From Gemmatales bacterium (lineage in GTDB: Bacteria > Planctomycetota > Planctomycetia > Gemmatales > HRBIN36): a DNA stretch of 64,000 nt. The position numbers and the translations under genes were made by a program. The notes beneath the pieces are model-generated. The model worked only from the letters and a program-made list of their open reading frames with translations. It searched no databases and was not told the origin of the DNA. Of the stretch, positions 31,401 through 41,464 are shown piece by piece; the first letter of the stretch is position 1, and each line of letters opens with the position of its first letter. The stretch lies in the NCBI GenBank assembly GCA_025060195.1, contig JANXCQ010000001.1:14664-78663 (forward strand). The letters are read 5' to 3'.

Positions 31401-33400
31401 GCTTGGGCCGCGTGGCGGAAGGTGTCGATGTGCGCCTGGGCTTGGCGTTGCAACTCAAATAACAATTGCTCGGGTGTTTCGTCCTCAGGACGGTAGGGAG
31501 CGCGTAGTTGTTGGGCGTGCCGGGCCTGGCGTAATGCCTCGAGGATGCGTCCCTGGCGTTGATGCTCCCGAGCGTCGGCAAGCAACAGGAGAGCCTGTTT
31601 ACGAATTTGCTGGGCTTGTTGCGGATTGTCGCGGTCGCGCTGTTGGTCGAGTAATGCTTGGACAGCTTTTTCAATTTTGTCAGGAGAGTCTTCGTCGGCG
31701 GTCCAGGTTACGGGGAATTGTTGCGCTTGACGGGCCAGTTGCAGGGCTTGAACGAGCTGGCCAGCGTTGAGAGCGGCGCGAGCCTGGGCAATGAGAGATT
31801 GCGCTTGTTGTTTCGCCGTGGGAAGATTCGCAGGTTGCGGCGAAGTGGGCTGGTCTAGGCTTCGTGGGTCGGGAATGCGTGGACGTTGCGCTTGTTGCCG
31901 ACGGGCCTTAATTTCAGCCAGCAAACGATCGGGATGCTCTCCCATGTACCAAATCGAATAGCGTGGCCGTAACGCCCGTGCGTGATAGGCCAACCTTTCT
32001 GCTTCGTCGAATTGGCCTTGCTCCAGTTTCTGCCGCGCCTGAGCCAGCAAGGCCTCCGCCTGTTTTTGATGAGCCTGTTCGCGAGCTTTGTAAATATCCG
32101 CCAATAGCTTATCGGGTGTGTCCTCAAAAAGTCCCCAGCGACATTCTGGGACGACGCGAATGCGACGGGCCAGTGCCTCCGCTTCGTCGAGTCGGCCTGC
32201 CTGGTATAGTTGCCGCGCCTGACGGAGCTTATCACGGGCGTTTTGCCGGGTGATCGTTTCGGTGGTATCTTTCCCCTGAGGGGTGAGGGGGGCGTCAATT
32301 TGGGGCAGCGCGGGCTTGCTAGTCACCGCGTTCGTTTGCGACTCCGCAGCGGCAAGAGCCTGCCGAATTTTTTCCGGCGTGAGCGGCTCGTAGGGCGGCC
32401 AGGAAATTTGCAGTTGTTCCGCCTGGCTCAGCAGATTACGGGCCTGTTCCAAATCGCCTTGCTGCAAAGCTTGTTTGGCCTCAGCCAACAGTCGGCGTCC
32501 TTGTTGCAGCTTGAGTTGTTCTGCCGTGGCTTGCCGTTGGGCCTGGCGCGCTTGTTGCACCTCACGCAGCACTTTGTCGGGAGTGTCGCTCCAAGGCCAC
32601 CATGAAGAATAACCCGCTTGTTTAGACTGTTGGGCCAGCTGTTCGGCGAGATCCAGATTGCCTTGGCGCAATGCCTCGCGTGCCTGGGCCAGGAGCTTGT
32701 CGGCATCCGGAGGAGCGGTGTTCCCAGAAGAAGATAGTTGCTTCGCGCGGGCAGCTTGGATGTCGCGTAAGAGTTTGTCTGGCGAATCACTCCAAGGGAA
32801 GATCGCGGTATAGCCAGCCTCCTTTGCCTGGCGTGCTAAGGTTTCGGCCCGGTCGAGCTCATGATTCTTCAGGGCTTCCCGTCCCTGGGCCAACAGGCTT
32901 TCCGCATCAACGCGAGGAGGCGGAGAATCATTGCGTGCCCAGAGAGACCAACGCCTTCCCTGCCGTCGCGTTACTTGCTCATAAAGCTGGTTGACGACTT
33001 GCTGCTCCTGAGGCTGGAGGTACTTACTGGAACGTAACTGTTTGAGCAACTGCTCTGCCTCAGCCCATTGATTGTTCTTGACGGCCTCTTGGGCCGCCGA
33101 GAGTTGCTGAAGTGTCCGTTGTCGCCCTGCTAAGTCCGCAGCGTTCCGTGCACGAAACTCTTCTAAACGCTTCTGGTCCTGCGGGGTTAATTGGTGTCGG
33201 CCTTGCTCGGCAAGATCAAAAAACTTGGCAGCCTCTTCATATTCTCCCTTGCGGTAAAGATTGATCGCCTCTTGGAGCGCTGTGGCAGGCCTCACCACTG
33301 GACTGACTACTGGTTCCTGTTGTTGGCCGGTAAGGCTGCCTACGATTCCGATAGTCACCAGTGTGCTCGCCAGCCAAGCCAACCACTGACCCCGGTTCAC
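28466..33400 (-). CDS. Giant secretin (type II/III secretion or type IV pilus family) with long helical-repeat N-terminus
   Basis: C-terminal QVTVEVRFI, QAPKITLFSGQ, TTVMVPDGGTVLMGG, PILSKLPYINRLF and LMIMITPRII. STN-like VSLDFRDKPLAEVL. Signal peptide. AAGGGAGG before the GTG start. Confidence 0.88.
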   Translation of the reverse strand: MNRGQWLAWLASTLVTIGIVGSLTGQQQEPVVSPVVRPATALQEAINLYRKGEYEEAAKFFDLAEQGRHQLTPQDQKRLEEFRARNAADLAGRQRTLQQLSAAQEAVKNNQWAEAEQLLKQLRSSKYLQPQEQQVVNQLYEQVTRRQGRRWSLWARNDSPPPRVDAESLLAQGREALKNHELDRAETLARQAKEAGYTAIFPWSDSPDKLLRDIQAARAKQLSSSGNTAPPDADKLLAQAREALRQGNLDLAEQLAQQSKQAGYSSWWPWSDTPDKVLREVQQARQAQRQATAEQLKLQQGRRLLAEAKQALQQGDLEQARNLLSQAEQLQISWPPYEPLTPEKIRQALAAAESQTNAVTSKPALPQIDAPLTPQGKDTTETITRQNARDKLRQARQLYQAGRLDEAEALARRIRVVPECRWGLFEDTPDKLLADIYKAREQAHQKQAEALLAQARQKLEQGQFDEAERLAYHARALRPRYSIWYMGEHPDRLLAEIKARRQQAQRPRIPDPRSLDQPTSPQPANLPTAKQQAQSLIAQARAALNAGQLVQALQLARQAQQFPVTWTADEDSPDKIEKAVQALLDQQRDRDNPQQAQQIRKQALLLLADAREHQRQGRILEALRQARHAQQLRAPYRPEDETPEQLLFELQRQAQAHIDTFRHAAQAWRQLGRLDEAEQCLRYVRELQLELRADTLATDQQLAELQRLRQGQAPVASETTDAGRRLIEQARQQLRAGELLRAQQLARQVYEQHYHLRLEASQLLAEIDEAQYRQSIREANRFYELGVRAYSRGEYAQAAAYFQSINPQLLDERKRTHMQEILASKEMQAHALVQAGQLPPTPRTTPTPSDSSEANKPNLSQQSQTHSLLDQVQQQREVELQRLRRIKLEAERQANRFAQNNDLNKAIETLRQAAQELRQSELQTEAVQAMIRQIEQRLRTFEASREQLTYERIRQDSLRGSSLRQREILADLNRKDQVAQLMQQYAQYLKEAKYKEAEIVALKAKELDPDNPAAEAALFRARTLRALSDEERIKLQKERGFELAMQAVNEASAAPESDLQYPKDWSERTRRRNKPIEPLRPETPEDRDLYQRLQQPVSLDFRDKPLAEVLDHLRSMYGINIVADEPALQAAGISLNQPITIRLDNRPLRTCLNLILHNARLAWVIRDGVYIVTTEEGKRGKLVQKVYPVADLILPVQDFGNLGGNQASILSVLAQNMNQPQQPPLTAPWTIPGGTPVGQASLANNSSQPQVRVEPPKTSLEQTLIRLIHETIEPKSWDVNGGPGHIDYYPLGMQLVVSADPEIQEQVDQLLRRLRELQELQVTVEVRFITLSEAFFERIGVDFQFQVDDDETRFDRAVVAQSFAPAGMINEPDHLDKVVVGLAPGGAFSPDLDIPFRTSSFARGIPPFGNFPNAVGNNGGLDFGFAYLSDIEVYLFMEAAQGDTRTNVMQAPKITLFSGQTALLAVQDFQFLVTGATPIVGPFGQVSMVPTVTPFSSGLQLFLQAVVHSDRRYVRLSLAPTFTALSQNIPIFPIPIVIPVVNPDGSLSQVEITLFIQLPITSVLSVQTTVMVPDGGTVLMGGFKTLSEGRTEFGPPILSKLPYINRLFTNVGYGREARSLMIMITPRIIIPEEEEQFLGQQLLP

Positions 33401-33791
33401 TGGAAGTCCTCCCTTATCGCCGTAGCCGCTCCCTGCCTAGCACGTTCCCCGAATTGTGCCAGGTGAACTCGACATAATGGCATGGATCGTGCCGACGGCG
33501 ATCTTGGCCCCGATCTCCCCCGTTCCTTGAGCTACCAAGGTGCATTATTTCCACGGGACGCCGCTAGATAGCTTGCTACCCATACCACGTCAATATCAGG
33601 TAGCAGCCTTGCCTCAGGCTACCTAACTTAGCCTTGCTCCGAAAGAACGACGCGAGAAAGAAGGACGACGGTGCTTTGAGGTGCAGCAACATTGGATCGT
33701 TTCCTAATTCCCTCAATAACTGGCTATAATAACGCACAATATTTGAATTAGTCTGAGGTAACAGTCAAGTGGCAGCCTCTGGAACAGAAAT

Positions 33792-34814
33792 ATGAGAGAA
33801 AAAATCCGCGTGGCTCTCTTGGGCGCGTCGGGTTATACGGCGCGCGAGCTGATAAGCCTCTTATTGCGGCATCCGTGCGCGGAGCTCATCGCCGTTGGGT
33901 CGCGCCAGGAAGGCACGCCCTTGGTGGCAGAGCTTCACCCGATTCTTACTGGGCGTGTCAACCTTCGTTGCGAAATGCTCGAAGCGCGGGAACTCACTCG
34001 TCGAGGCGTGCAATGTGTGTTCACCTGCTTGCCGCATGGAGTCAGTATGACCGTAGTGCCCCAATTGCTGCAAGCGGGCATGCGTGTCATCGACCTGAGT
34101 GCCGACTATCGCTTACGCGATCCGCAGATCTATCAGGAGTGGTATCGCGAGCCCCATCACGATCCCGAAAATCTGCGCCATGCGGTTTACGGTCTGCCGG
34201 AAGTCTACGCCTCGCGGATTCGCGAAGCACGCCTGGTCGCCAACCCCGGTTGTTATCCGCAAACTATCATCCTCGGTTTGGCACCCCTGATAGCACATGA
34301 TCTCATTGATCGGGAAGACATTATTGCGGACTCGAAGAGTGGGGTATCGGGAGCGGGTCGCACACCACGGCCTCATACGCATTTTCCTGAGTGTAACGAA
34401 AACGTGGCCGCTTATAGCGTGGGCCAACATCGCCACACGCCCGAAATTGAACAAGTACTGAGTGACCTTGCTCGCACAGCGGTGCGTATTGTGTTTACTC
34501 CGCACTTGGTTCCCATGGACCGGGGCATATTCAGCACCATTTACGCTCGACCGCGTCGCGCTGTTTCGGAACATGAATTATTCGAGGTGTATCGGGATTA
34601 CTACGCTCGGGCTCCTTTCGTGCGGGTCGTCTCGCATCTCCCCAACTCGAAAGACACGATCGGCACCAATTTTTGCGACATCACGCTGAGGCTCGTGCGG
34701 CAGCGTGTGGTTCTTCTCGTTTGCGAGGATAATCTGATTCGGGGCGCCAGTGGCGTTGCGGTGCAGAACTTCAATCTGATGTTTGGCCTGGAAGAGACAC
34801 TGGGATTGCTGTAG
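33792..34814 (+). CDS. argC: N-acetyl-gamma-glutamyl-phosphate reductase
   Basis: [38 protein letters not shown] and [13 protein letters not shown]. Confidence 0.96.
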   Translation: MREKIRVALLGASGYTARELISLLLRHPCAELIAVGSRQEGTPLVAELHPILTGRVNLRCEMLEARELTRRGVQCVFTCLPHGVSMTVVPQLLQAGMRVIDLSADYRLRDPQIYQEWYREPHHDPENLRHAVYGLPEVYASRIREARLVANPGCYPQTIILGLAPLIAHDLIDREDIIADSKSGVSGAGRTPRPHTHFPECNENVAAYSVGQHRHTPEIEQVLSDLARTAVRIVFTPHLVPMDRGIFSTIYARPRRAVSEHELFEVYRDYYARAPFVRVVSHLPNSKDTIGTNFCDITLRLVRQRVVLLVCEDNLIRGASGVAVQNFNLMFGLEETLGLL

Positions 34815-34855
34815 CGGTTGCGAATGGCAACCGGCTGCGGAGGTTGGTAAGACCT

Positions 34856-36091
34856 ATGCCTCGAGAAATCGTAACTGAGCAGCTTTACCATCGTGCCCTG
34901 AGCGCGTGGCCCGATGAACGCGGCCGATTCGGACGATTTGGAGGCCGCTATGTTCCTGAAACATTGGTCTATGCCTTGGAACAGTTAACTGCTGCATTCC
35001 AAGCAGCACGCAACGATGCCGCGTTTCAACGGGAGCTGGATTACTACTTGCGGACCTATGTGGGCCGCCCCACGCCGCTTTATTTTGCTGAGCGCTTGAC
35101 ACGCCATGCAGGTGGAGCGCGAATTTATCTCAAACGAGAAGATCTTAATCACACAGGAGCTCACAAAATAAATAACTGCATCGGCCAAGCTCTCCTCACG
35201 AAACGCATGGGCAAGCAGCGGATCATTGCAGAGACGGGAGCTGGTCAGCATGGTGTGGCGACGGCGACCGCAGCTGCATTACTGGGCTTGCCTTGCGTTG
35301 TGTACATGGGGGAAGAGGACGTAAGGCGACAGCGGCTGAACGTTTTCAAAATGCGACTATTGGGAGCCGAGGTAGTTGCCGTGGGTACAGGGAGCCGTAC
35401 CCTACGCGAGGCCATCAACGAAGCGTTGCGCGACTGGATGGCTAGCGTTGAGACGACACACTACATCCTGGGAAGTGTCGTAGGCCCGCATCCGTTTCCC
35501 TGGATAGTGCGCGAGTTTCAATCAGTCATTGGGCGGGAGGCCCGTCAACAAGCGCTGGAGCAAATCGGGCGGCTGCCTGACGTGGTAGTGGCCTGTGTCG
35601 GAGGGGGCAGCAACGCTGCGGGAATGTTTTACCCCTTCCTGGAGGACCGGGAAGTCGAATTAGTGGGGGTCGAGGCAGGCGGGCGTGGGCGCCGGCTCGG
35701 CGAGCATGCCGCCACCCTGAACTTTGGAACGCCCGGCATACTTCATGGCACCCTGAGCTATGTGCTGCAAGATGAGGAAGGCCAAACCGCAGACGTTCAT
35801 TCCATCTCGGCGGGCCTGGATTATCCGGGTGTCGGGCCAGAACACAGCTTCTGGAAAGAGAGCGGTCGGGTGCGCTATACCACGGCCAGTGATGAGGAAG
35901 CGTTGCAAGCCTTGGAATTATGTTGCCGATTGGAAGGGATTTTGCCCGCGCTAGAGACCGCCCATGCTCTGGCTGAAGCCTTACGAATTGCCGCACAACG
36001 TTCCCCCCAAGATGTGATCATCGTCTGCCTCTCGGGTCGGGGCGATAAAGATTGCTTCGAGGTGGCGCGCTTGCGTGGTCTGCAACTTTGA
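34856..36091 (+). CDS. trpB: Tryptophan synthase beta subunit
   Basis: [45 protein letters not shown] and LSGRGDKD. Confidence 0.97.
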   Translation: MPREIVTEQLYHRALSAWPDERGRFGRFGGRYVPETLVYALEQLTAAFQAARNDAAFQRELDYYLRTYVGRPTPLYFAERLTRHAGGARIYLKREDLNHTGAHKINNCIGQALLTKRMGKQRIIAETGAGQHGVATATAAALLGLPCVVYMGEEDVRRQRLNVFKMRLLGAEVVAVGTGSRTLREAINEALRDWMASVETTHYILGSVVGPHPFPWIVREFQSVIGREARQQALEQIGRLPDVVVACVGGGSNAAGMFYPFLEDREVELVGVEAGGRGRRLGEHAATLNFGTPGILHGTLSYVLQDEEGQTADVHSISAGLDYPGVGPEHSFWKESGRVRYTTASDEEALQALELCCRLEGILPALETAHALAEALRIAAQRSPQDVIIVCLSGRGDKDCFEVARLRGLQL

Positions 36092-36113
36092 GGGTCAGGA
36101 GCAGTCTGTTGAT

Positions 36114-37094
36114 ATGAATACTGTGACAGGGCTCTCGCCAACAAATCCCCTGGAGCGACGCTTTGCCGCACTGCGTCAGCGGGGAGGTAAAGCGCTCATC
36201 ACCTTCGTTCCCGCAGGTGATCCGCACCTCGAAGCTACCCGCGACCTGCTTAACCTCCTGGCGCACAACGGCGCGGACGTTATTGAGATTGGTTTGCCGT
36301 ATAGCGACCCTATTGCGGACGGTCCGCTTATCCAGGGAGCTTACACACGCGCGCTGAGTCGAGGCATTCACGTTCGGGACGTCTTTGAATTGGTACGGAG
36401 TTGGTCTGCATCGCCCGCTTTATCAGCACGCCGCTTGCTTGAGCCAGGTTCAATCGCTGATCTGCAGGAAACTACCAGTCAGATGAGCCTGTCCGAAACG
36501 TCCGAAGGAAGACCTCAAGAATCGCGAGGTGCTTCTCCTCAAGCTTCCGTAGTAACAGTGCCCCTAGTGGCGATGGCTTCTTATAGTCTAATTTATCGAC
36601 AGACAGAGCGGCGCTTCGTTGAACAATGTGTTGCCTCAGGCATAAGCGGCGTGATTGTTCCGGACCTTCCTGCGGAGGAGGCATCGTCCTTAGCGGCGCT
36701 GTGCCATCAACACGACTTGGCCCTGATTCAACTGGTCGCCCCGACCACTCCACTACCAAGGGCTCGCGATATTGTCAGCCGGTGCACGGGATTCGTTTAC
36801 TGTGTTAGCGTCGTCGGCATTACCGGAGTGCGGGATCATTTGCCAGAGGAGTTACGCCAGCGGTTACAAACGCTTCGCACGCTTACCAAGCTGCCGCTAT
36901 GCGTTGGTTTTGGCATTAGCCGACCAGAACATGTTCAGATGATAAAACCATACGCGGATGGTATCATCGTGGGCAGTGCCTTAGTATCACGCTTGGCCGA
37001 GGCAGCTAATCGTCCCTGGGAAGAGGTGAGCCTTTCGATTGGCCAGTTGCTGGGCCAGTTACGGCAGGCTTTAGACGAGCAGCCCACGTCGTAA
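36114..37094 (+). CDS. trpA: Tryptophan synthase alpha subunit with internal insertion
   Basis: EIGLPYSDPIADGP.IQ, IVPDLP, LVAPTT, GITG, VGFGIS and DGIIVGSA. Confidence 0.95.
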   Translation: MNTVTGLSPTNPLERRFAALRQRGGKALITFVPAGDPHLEATRDLLNLLAHNGADVIEIGLPYSDPIADGPLIQGAYTRALSRGIHVRDVFELVRSWSASPALSARRLLEPGSIADLQETTSQMSLSETSEGRPQESRGASPQASVVTVPLVAMASYSLIYRQTERRFVEQCVASGISGVIVPDLPAEEASSLAALCHQHDLALIQLVAPTTPLPRARDIVSRCTGFVYCVSVVGITGVRDHLPEELRQRLQTLRTLTKLPLCVGFGISRPEHVQMIKPYADGIIVGSALVSRLAEAANRPWEEVSLSIGQLLGQLRQALDEQPTS

Positions 37095-38099
37095 GAGTTC
37101 CTCGGCGATTTGCACGGCGTTGGTTGCCGCACCTTTCCTGAGATTGTCGGCCACTACCCACAAGTTCAAACCGTGGGCCACTGTGGGGTCGCGACGAATC
37201 CGACCTACAAAGACCTCGTCTCGACCCGCGGCGAAAATGGGCATAGGCAATTGGCCGCGGGAGTAATCGTCGAGAACCACCACACCGGGCGCTCGCCGTA
37301 ACAACTCGCGGGCTTGCTCGGGCGTAATGGGCTTCTGGAACTCGACATTAATCGCTTCACTGTGGCCCACTGCTACCGGCACCCGCACAGTCGTGGGCGA
37401 GATCAGAATGGTCTCGTCGCCCAGGATTTTCCGCGTCTCCCGAATCATTTTCCATTCCTCTTCCGAATAGCCCTCGTCGCCCAGCTTCCAGTCATGGGGC
37501 ACGACGTTGCCCGCAAGCTGAGCGGCGTGGGCCAAGGGTGCGGGAGGCGGTTCACCCCGTACCAAGGCTTCCAGTTGCTTCTGCAAGTCATACAACCCCT
37601 TAGCCCCCTTTCCTGAAGATGCCTGATACGTGCATATAACGATGCGCCGGATTCGCGCGAAATCGTGCAACGGTTTCAGGGCCACCACCATTTGGATCGT
37701 CGAACAATTGGGATTGGCAATAATGCGTCTGGTAGCACGCGCCAAGGTGTGCGCGTTGACCTCGGGAACGACCAAAGGGACTTCGGGATCCATCCGCCAG
37801 GCACTGGAGTTGTCCACGACATAAGCACCCGCCTGAGCGGCAATGGGACTCCATTCGCGGCTGACAGCAGCAGGTGTGCTCGACAACACCAAATCCACGT
37901 TCTCAAATGCTTCGGGCCGCAATGGCTCTACGGCATATTTTCGACCGCCAAATTCCAGCTCTTTGCCTGCACTTCGTTCGGAAGCGAGAAATTTAATGTG
38001 GGCAATGGGGAATCGGCGTTCGAGCAAGACACGGCGCATCATTTCGCCGACTGCCCCTGTGGCTCCGACCAACGCGACACGGACTCCCTCAGACCTCAT
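37071..38099 (-). CDS. asd: Aspartate-semialdehyde dehydrogenase
   Basis: VGATGAVG, VDNSSAWRM, IANPNCSTIQ, YQASSG.G, GHSEA and DNLRKGAATNAVQIAE. Confidence 0.96.
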   Translation of the reverse strand: MRSEGVRVALVGATGAVGEMMRRVLLERRFPIAHIKFLASERSAGKELEFGGRKYAVEPLRPEAFENVDLVLSSTPAAVSREWSPIAAQAGAYVVDNSSAWRMDPEVPLVVPEVNAHTLARATRRIIANPNCSTIQMVVALKPLHDFARIRRIVICTYQASSGKGAKGLYDLQKQLEALVRGEPPPAPLAHAAQLAGNVVPHDWKLGDEGYSEEEWKMIRETRKILGDETILISPTTVRVPVAVGHSEAINVEFQKPITPEQARELLRRAPGVVVLDDYSRGQLPMPIFAAGRDEVFVGRIRRDPTVAHGLNLWVVADNLRKGAATNAVQIAEELLRRGLLV

Positions 38100-38124
38100 T
38101 TCAGTCCTCAGCAAGTTGTTTCAA

Positions 38125-38853
38125 TTAGGGCCTCTGCTCCTTGGCTTTGCGCTCAAGGTATTCTTTGATATATTTCTCGGGGTTCTCGTTGAAAGCATCG
38201 CGACAGCCTGTGCAGCATACGTAATAGGTTTGTCCTTTGTAGCTCACGGGAATGGTACCTAACCCGCCGCTTACCACACATTCCGGACCTTTCTTGCGCT
38301 CCACGGCCAAGGCCTGGCCCTCTTTCGTGGCGCCCACTATGAAATCGCGCACATACAACTTTCGTCCCATAGGCCGGTAATCATAGCGAAAGACGAAGCG
38401 AATGTCGTCCACCAAGTTGATGGTAACACGTTCATCCACTTTGCGCTGAGCATCGCTGCGCTCGACCACGAGCGTCCGCGTCTTGGCATCATAATTCCCA
38501 TAATAAACGCGCGGTTTGTCGTCTGTTACGGGAAACAACGTCAACTGAAACATTTGTTTCTCAGGCAGATAACGCAACTCCCCGCCGCGAAAATGTTTCC
38601 CGTTGGTGATTTCCATGACCAACCAGGCGTCGTCACCCTTGAACTTCCAGGTCCAGGATATCTTTTCGCTCCAGAAACCTTTCTGCTTATCCGCGAGAGT
38701 GCCCGTGGCGGGTTCGCCCGTGGCACGCCAAGGGCCAATCAGGTCATTGAACGGGCGTAATGCCTCTCGGGGCGAGCGCGAAGCATCTTCCTCAGCGCTG
38801 AGGACGGCAGCGGCACAGAGCATACAAAAAGCAGCTAAATATCGCAGCGTCAT
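38125..38853 (-). CDS. Secreted protein with C-terminal YHS domain
   Basis: Signal peptide and CVVSGG...YKGQTYYVCCTGCRDAFNENPEKY. Confidence 0.85.
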   Translation of the reverse strand: MTLRYLAAFCMLCAAAVLSAEEDASRSPREALRPFNDLIGPWRATGEPATGTLADKQKGFWSEKISWTWKFKGDDAWLVMEITNGKHFRGGELRYLPEKQMFQLTLFPVTDDKPRVYYGNYDAKTRTLVVERSDAQRKVDERVTINLVDDIRFVFRYDYRPMGRKLYVRDFIVGATKEGQALAVERKKGPECVVSGGLGTIPVSYKGQTYYVCCTGCRDAFNENPEKYIKEYLERKAKEQRP

Positions 38854-38880
38854 AGGGAGTCCTCGGATGTTAGAAGCTAT

Positions 38881-41367
38881 TCATTCGCCCAAAAGATCGA
38901 AGTAATGTTCCGCACGTGGGTCGGTAATTGCCCAGAGGGCTAATACTTCTTGTAACGGCTGACGCCAAGTCTTTGCATCCAGCTTATTTTGCAAGCATGC
39001 CTCGGCCAAGAACAGGAGCGGTTCTTTTCGCGAACGTAGCCAAACCAGGGTTTCCCGAACCATCTCCTGCGGCCAGGAGCGAAGGTGTTCCAGGACGGCC
39101 GTATAAGTTGATTTATCGCCGTAAGTCATTAGCAACGCGGCAAGCTGTTCGCGGAAAGTCTGGCTGGCGGTATGGTCGCCTAAATGACCCACCAACACGG
39201 TCAGGATATCGCGGTTGCGCCAAGACAGTAGCGTCTCGGCAGCCCAGAGCCGTTCCTGAGTCGAGCGGGCATTTTCTGAGACCATGCGAAGCAAGACGGG
39301 GCTGGATGCGGTGTGCTGGGATGCCCGTACACAACTGAGAGCGGCCAAACGCACAGTCAGGGACGAATGAGTCAAATATCGCTCCGCCAGCGGGCCGAGT
39401 CGGTCGGACTTGGGAGGTGCTTGGGCTAGAGCGTGGAGGGCCTCGGCCAACAGTTCGGCAGGCACGTTCGACTGCGCTTCTAACCATTGCAAAATCGGTG
39501 AACTATCCGCTTGGTAATGCTTTGCCAAGTTGGCCCACCAACGCAAGAGTGCTTGGCGTTGCTCCAGACGAAGATGCGGGTGGTGCAAGAATTTTCTTAC
39601 GTAATCCAATGCTTCAGGTTGGCGCAGCAAAGTCCAAGCCTTGGTAGCGATGTTCAATTCGGTCGCAGAACCGGTATCGAGCAACTCGCTTAACGCGGTG
39701 AGACCATCCGCCTCGCATAACTCGATGCTGCGTACCAGGACGTGCAGGCCCTCATCATCCCGCTCATCCAGGACCCTCAGAAACTGCACCAAACTGGAAG
39801 CAGCTTCACTGCCTCCCAGAGCACCTAAAGCCAGCGCAGCAATCCGACGCAGTTGCGCTTGCCCGTCGCTTAGCCTGCGGGTCAGTACGAGCCGGGTTTC
39901 TGCATTGGGGAGCCGACTCAGGAGCATGGCGCTGGCGCTGAACTGAGGTATTTCCCCTTGCTGCGACCATTCTAAGGCTAAGTTGCGCCCGGCGCGTGCG
40001 TCTAATGCAGCCAATAAAGCCACTGCCCGCAAGGCCGCGGTGCTGTGCAAGGCCTGAACATGTTGGCGTTGGGCAAACTCCACTAGAGCTGGCGCCAAGT
40101 TCGGGCCTCGTCGGCAAATTTCTTCTTGCACAGCACGAATTTCCCAGGGGTTATTCGTAGCTAAACGTTCAAGCAAGTCCGCAGTGTCTAATAGAGCCAC
40201 TCGATGCCAATCGTGATAGCGTACTACCTTATCCGACCGTTGGGGAAGCAACCGCGCCACGAAGCCACGCGCTGGCCCACGGCCAGAGCGCCAACGCCCC
40301 GCGATATAGATGCCCCCATGGGGTGCGCTGGCCAAAGCCGTGAACCATGCCTGTGCTAGACCTTGGATGCTCAGGCGCACTTTCGGCTTGGCTTCGATCC
40401 GCGATCCCGAGGGGAACTCAAACAGTTGACCAGGCCAAACCTTTGCCCAAAGGTACACGCGATCTAAGGTTTGTTCCCCTTCGCGACGCAGGTATTCGAA
40501 AATTGGCCCTACATAGGGAGTTCTGATCCCAGCCGTAACTCCCTCGGACCAGCGAGTCTGTACTAAGTCGGAAAATTTTTCCCAGGCAACGCGCTCCGTA
40601 GCTTCGCCATCGTCTGCCCCCTGGGCCAGTAATGGCAGATCCGAAACCCGACATTGCAGATGCATATCCCAAACTTGGCCGCGCAGGCCGCCATCATGCA
40701 AGGCGGCTAACCAATGGAGAAAACCATCAGCATCGGGAACGGCAGGTCCGCACCAAGAGCCGTTCTCCCAATGCATCAGCCGAGCTTTACTTCCGTCATA
40801 CGGTACAAGAACCCAAGAACTAGCTAACGCTGGCAGAACCGTGGGCGGTTCGCCCCCTCGGGTCAAACGCCCGCCTACAGTGCCGAGCCATATTCCTTGG
40901 GGTGTGGCGGTCAGATGAATTGGACCAGACTCCGGCAACCCGCGGAGCACAACTTCCTCGGGGCCTTCCAGGCCCGTTTCTTTAAGGCGATAGCGAATTA
41001 GTTGACCCTGTGCCGCTAGGTAAAGCCAGTCGCCCCATGCGCAAATGGCTGCAATCTGCTTGAGCTTCGTAGGCACTACTTGAGCATCTTGCGGCAGGAC
41101 GTTCCCTTGGACACCTCTGCAGTGGATCAACCGAGTACCATGGTCAGATCGGTCCACTAACCACAAACCGCCATGTCGGTCGAACGCCAGCGCAATTGGA
41201 AGGTTTAACTTCACCTCGGGAAGTACTTCCTCAAATGACCAATCGGGTGCCAGTCGTAGGAACGCTAATGGCGCGGGTTTGCTGGTGTCGGCTGCCGTCG
41301 AAGCCCCGATTAACCCAAGGACAACCCAGCAACATAACTTCGCGGGATGAGTCAGTAGTTTCATCAT
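38881..41367 (-). CDS. Secreted PVC-type beta-propeller plus HEAT-repeat protein, no heme motif
   Basis: Signal peptide, PIALAFDRHGGLWLVD propeller start and HEAT-like LRRIAALALG / VRLAAL. No CxxCH seen. Confidence 0.65.
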   Translation of the reverse strand: MMKLLTHPAKLCCWVVLGLIGASTAADTSKPAPLAFLRLAPDWSFEEVLPEVKLNLPIALAFDRHGGLWLVDRSDHGTRLIHCRGVQGNVLPQDAQVVPTKLKQIAAICAWGDWLYLAAQGQLIRYRLKETGLEGPEEVVLRGLPESGPIHLTATPQGIWLGTVGGRLTRGGEPPTVLPALASSWVLVPYDGSKARLMHWENGSWCGPAVPDADGFLHWLAALHDGGLRGQVWDMHLQCRVSDLPLLAQGADDGEATERVAWEKFSDLVQTRWSEGVTAGIRTPYVGPIFEYLRREGEQTLDRVYLWAKVWPGQLFEFPSGSRIEAKPKVRLSIQGLAQAWFTALASAPHGGIYIAGRWRSGRGPARGFVARLLPQRSDKVVRYHDWHRVALLDTADLLERLATNNPWEIRAVQEEICRRGPNLAPALVEFAQRQHVQALHSTAALRAVALLAALDARAGRNLALEWSQQGEIPQFSASAMLLSRLPNAETRLVLTRRLSDGQAQLRRIAALALGALGGSEAASSLVQFLRVLDERDDEGLHVLVRSIELCEADGLTALSELLDTGSATELNIATKAWTLLRQPEALDYVRKFLHHPHLRLEQRQALLRWWANLAKHYQADSSPILQWLEAQSNVPAELLAEALHALAQAPPKSDRLGPLAERYLTHSSLTVRLAALSCVRASQHTASSPVLLRMVSENARSTQERLWAAETLLSWRNRDILTVLVGHLGDHTASQTFREQLAALLMTYGDKSTYTAVLEHLRSWPQEMVRETLVWLRSRKEPLLFLAEACLQNKLDAKTWRQPLQEVLALWAITDPRAEHYFDLLGE

Positions 41368-41464
41368 CTGCTGTCCCCGCAGATGGTAGGAGAATTACAT
41401 TCCAGGTGCAGCTTTTGGGCCGTCCTATGTAAGACGAAACGATTCCGCAGGCAGTTCCCGCTAT

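Noticed and set aside
33725..33760. ARG box near the TATAAT upstream of argC
   Set aside because: Only a half-site-like TGAAT is present, with no palindromic partner.
37071..37094. 24-nt 3' overlap of convergent trpA and asd
   Set aside because: Short convergent overlaps are common and imply no special function.
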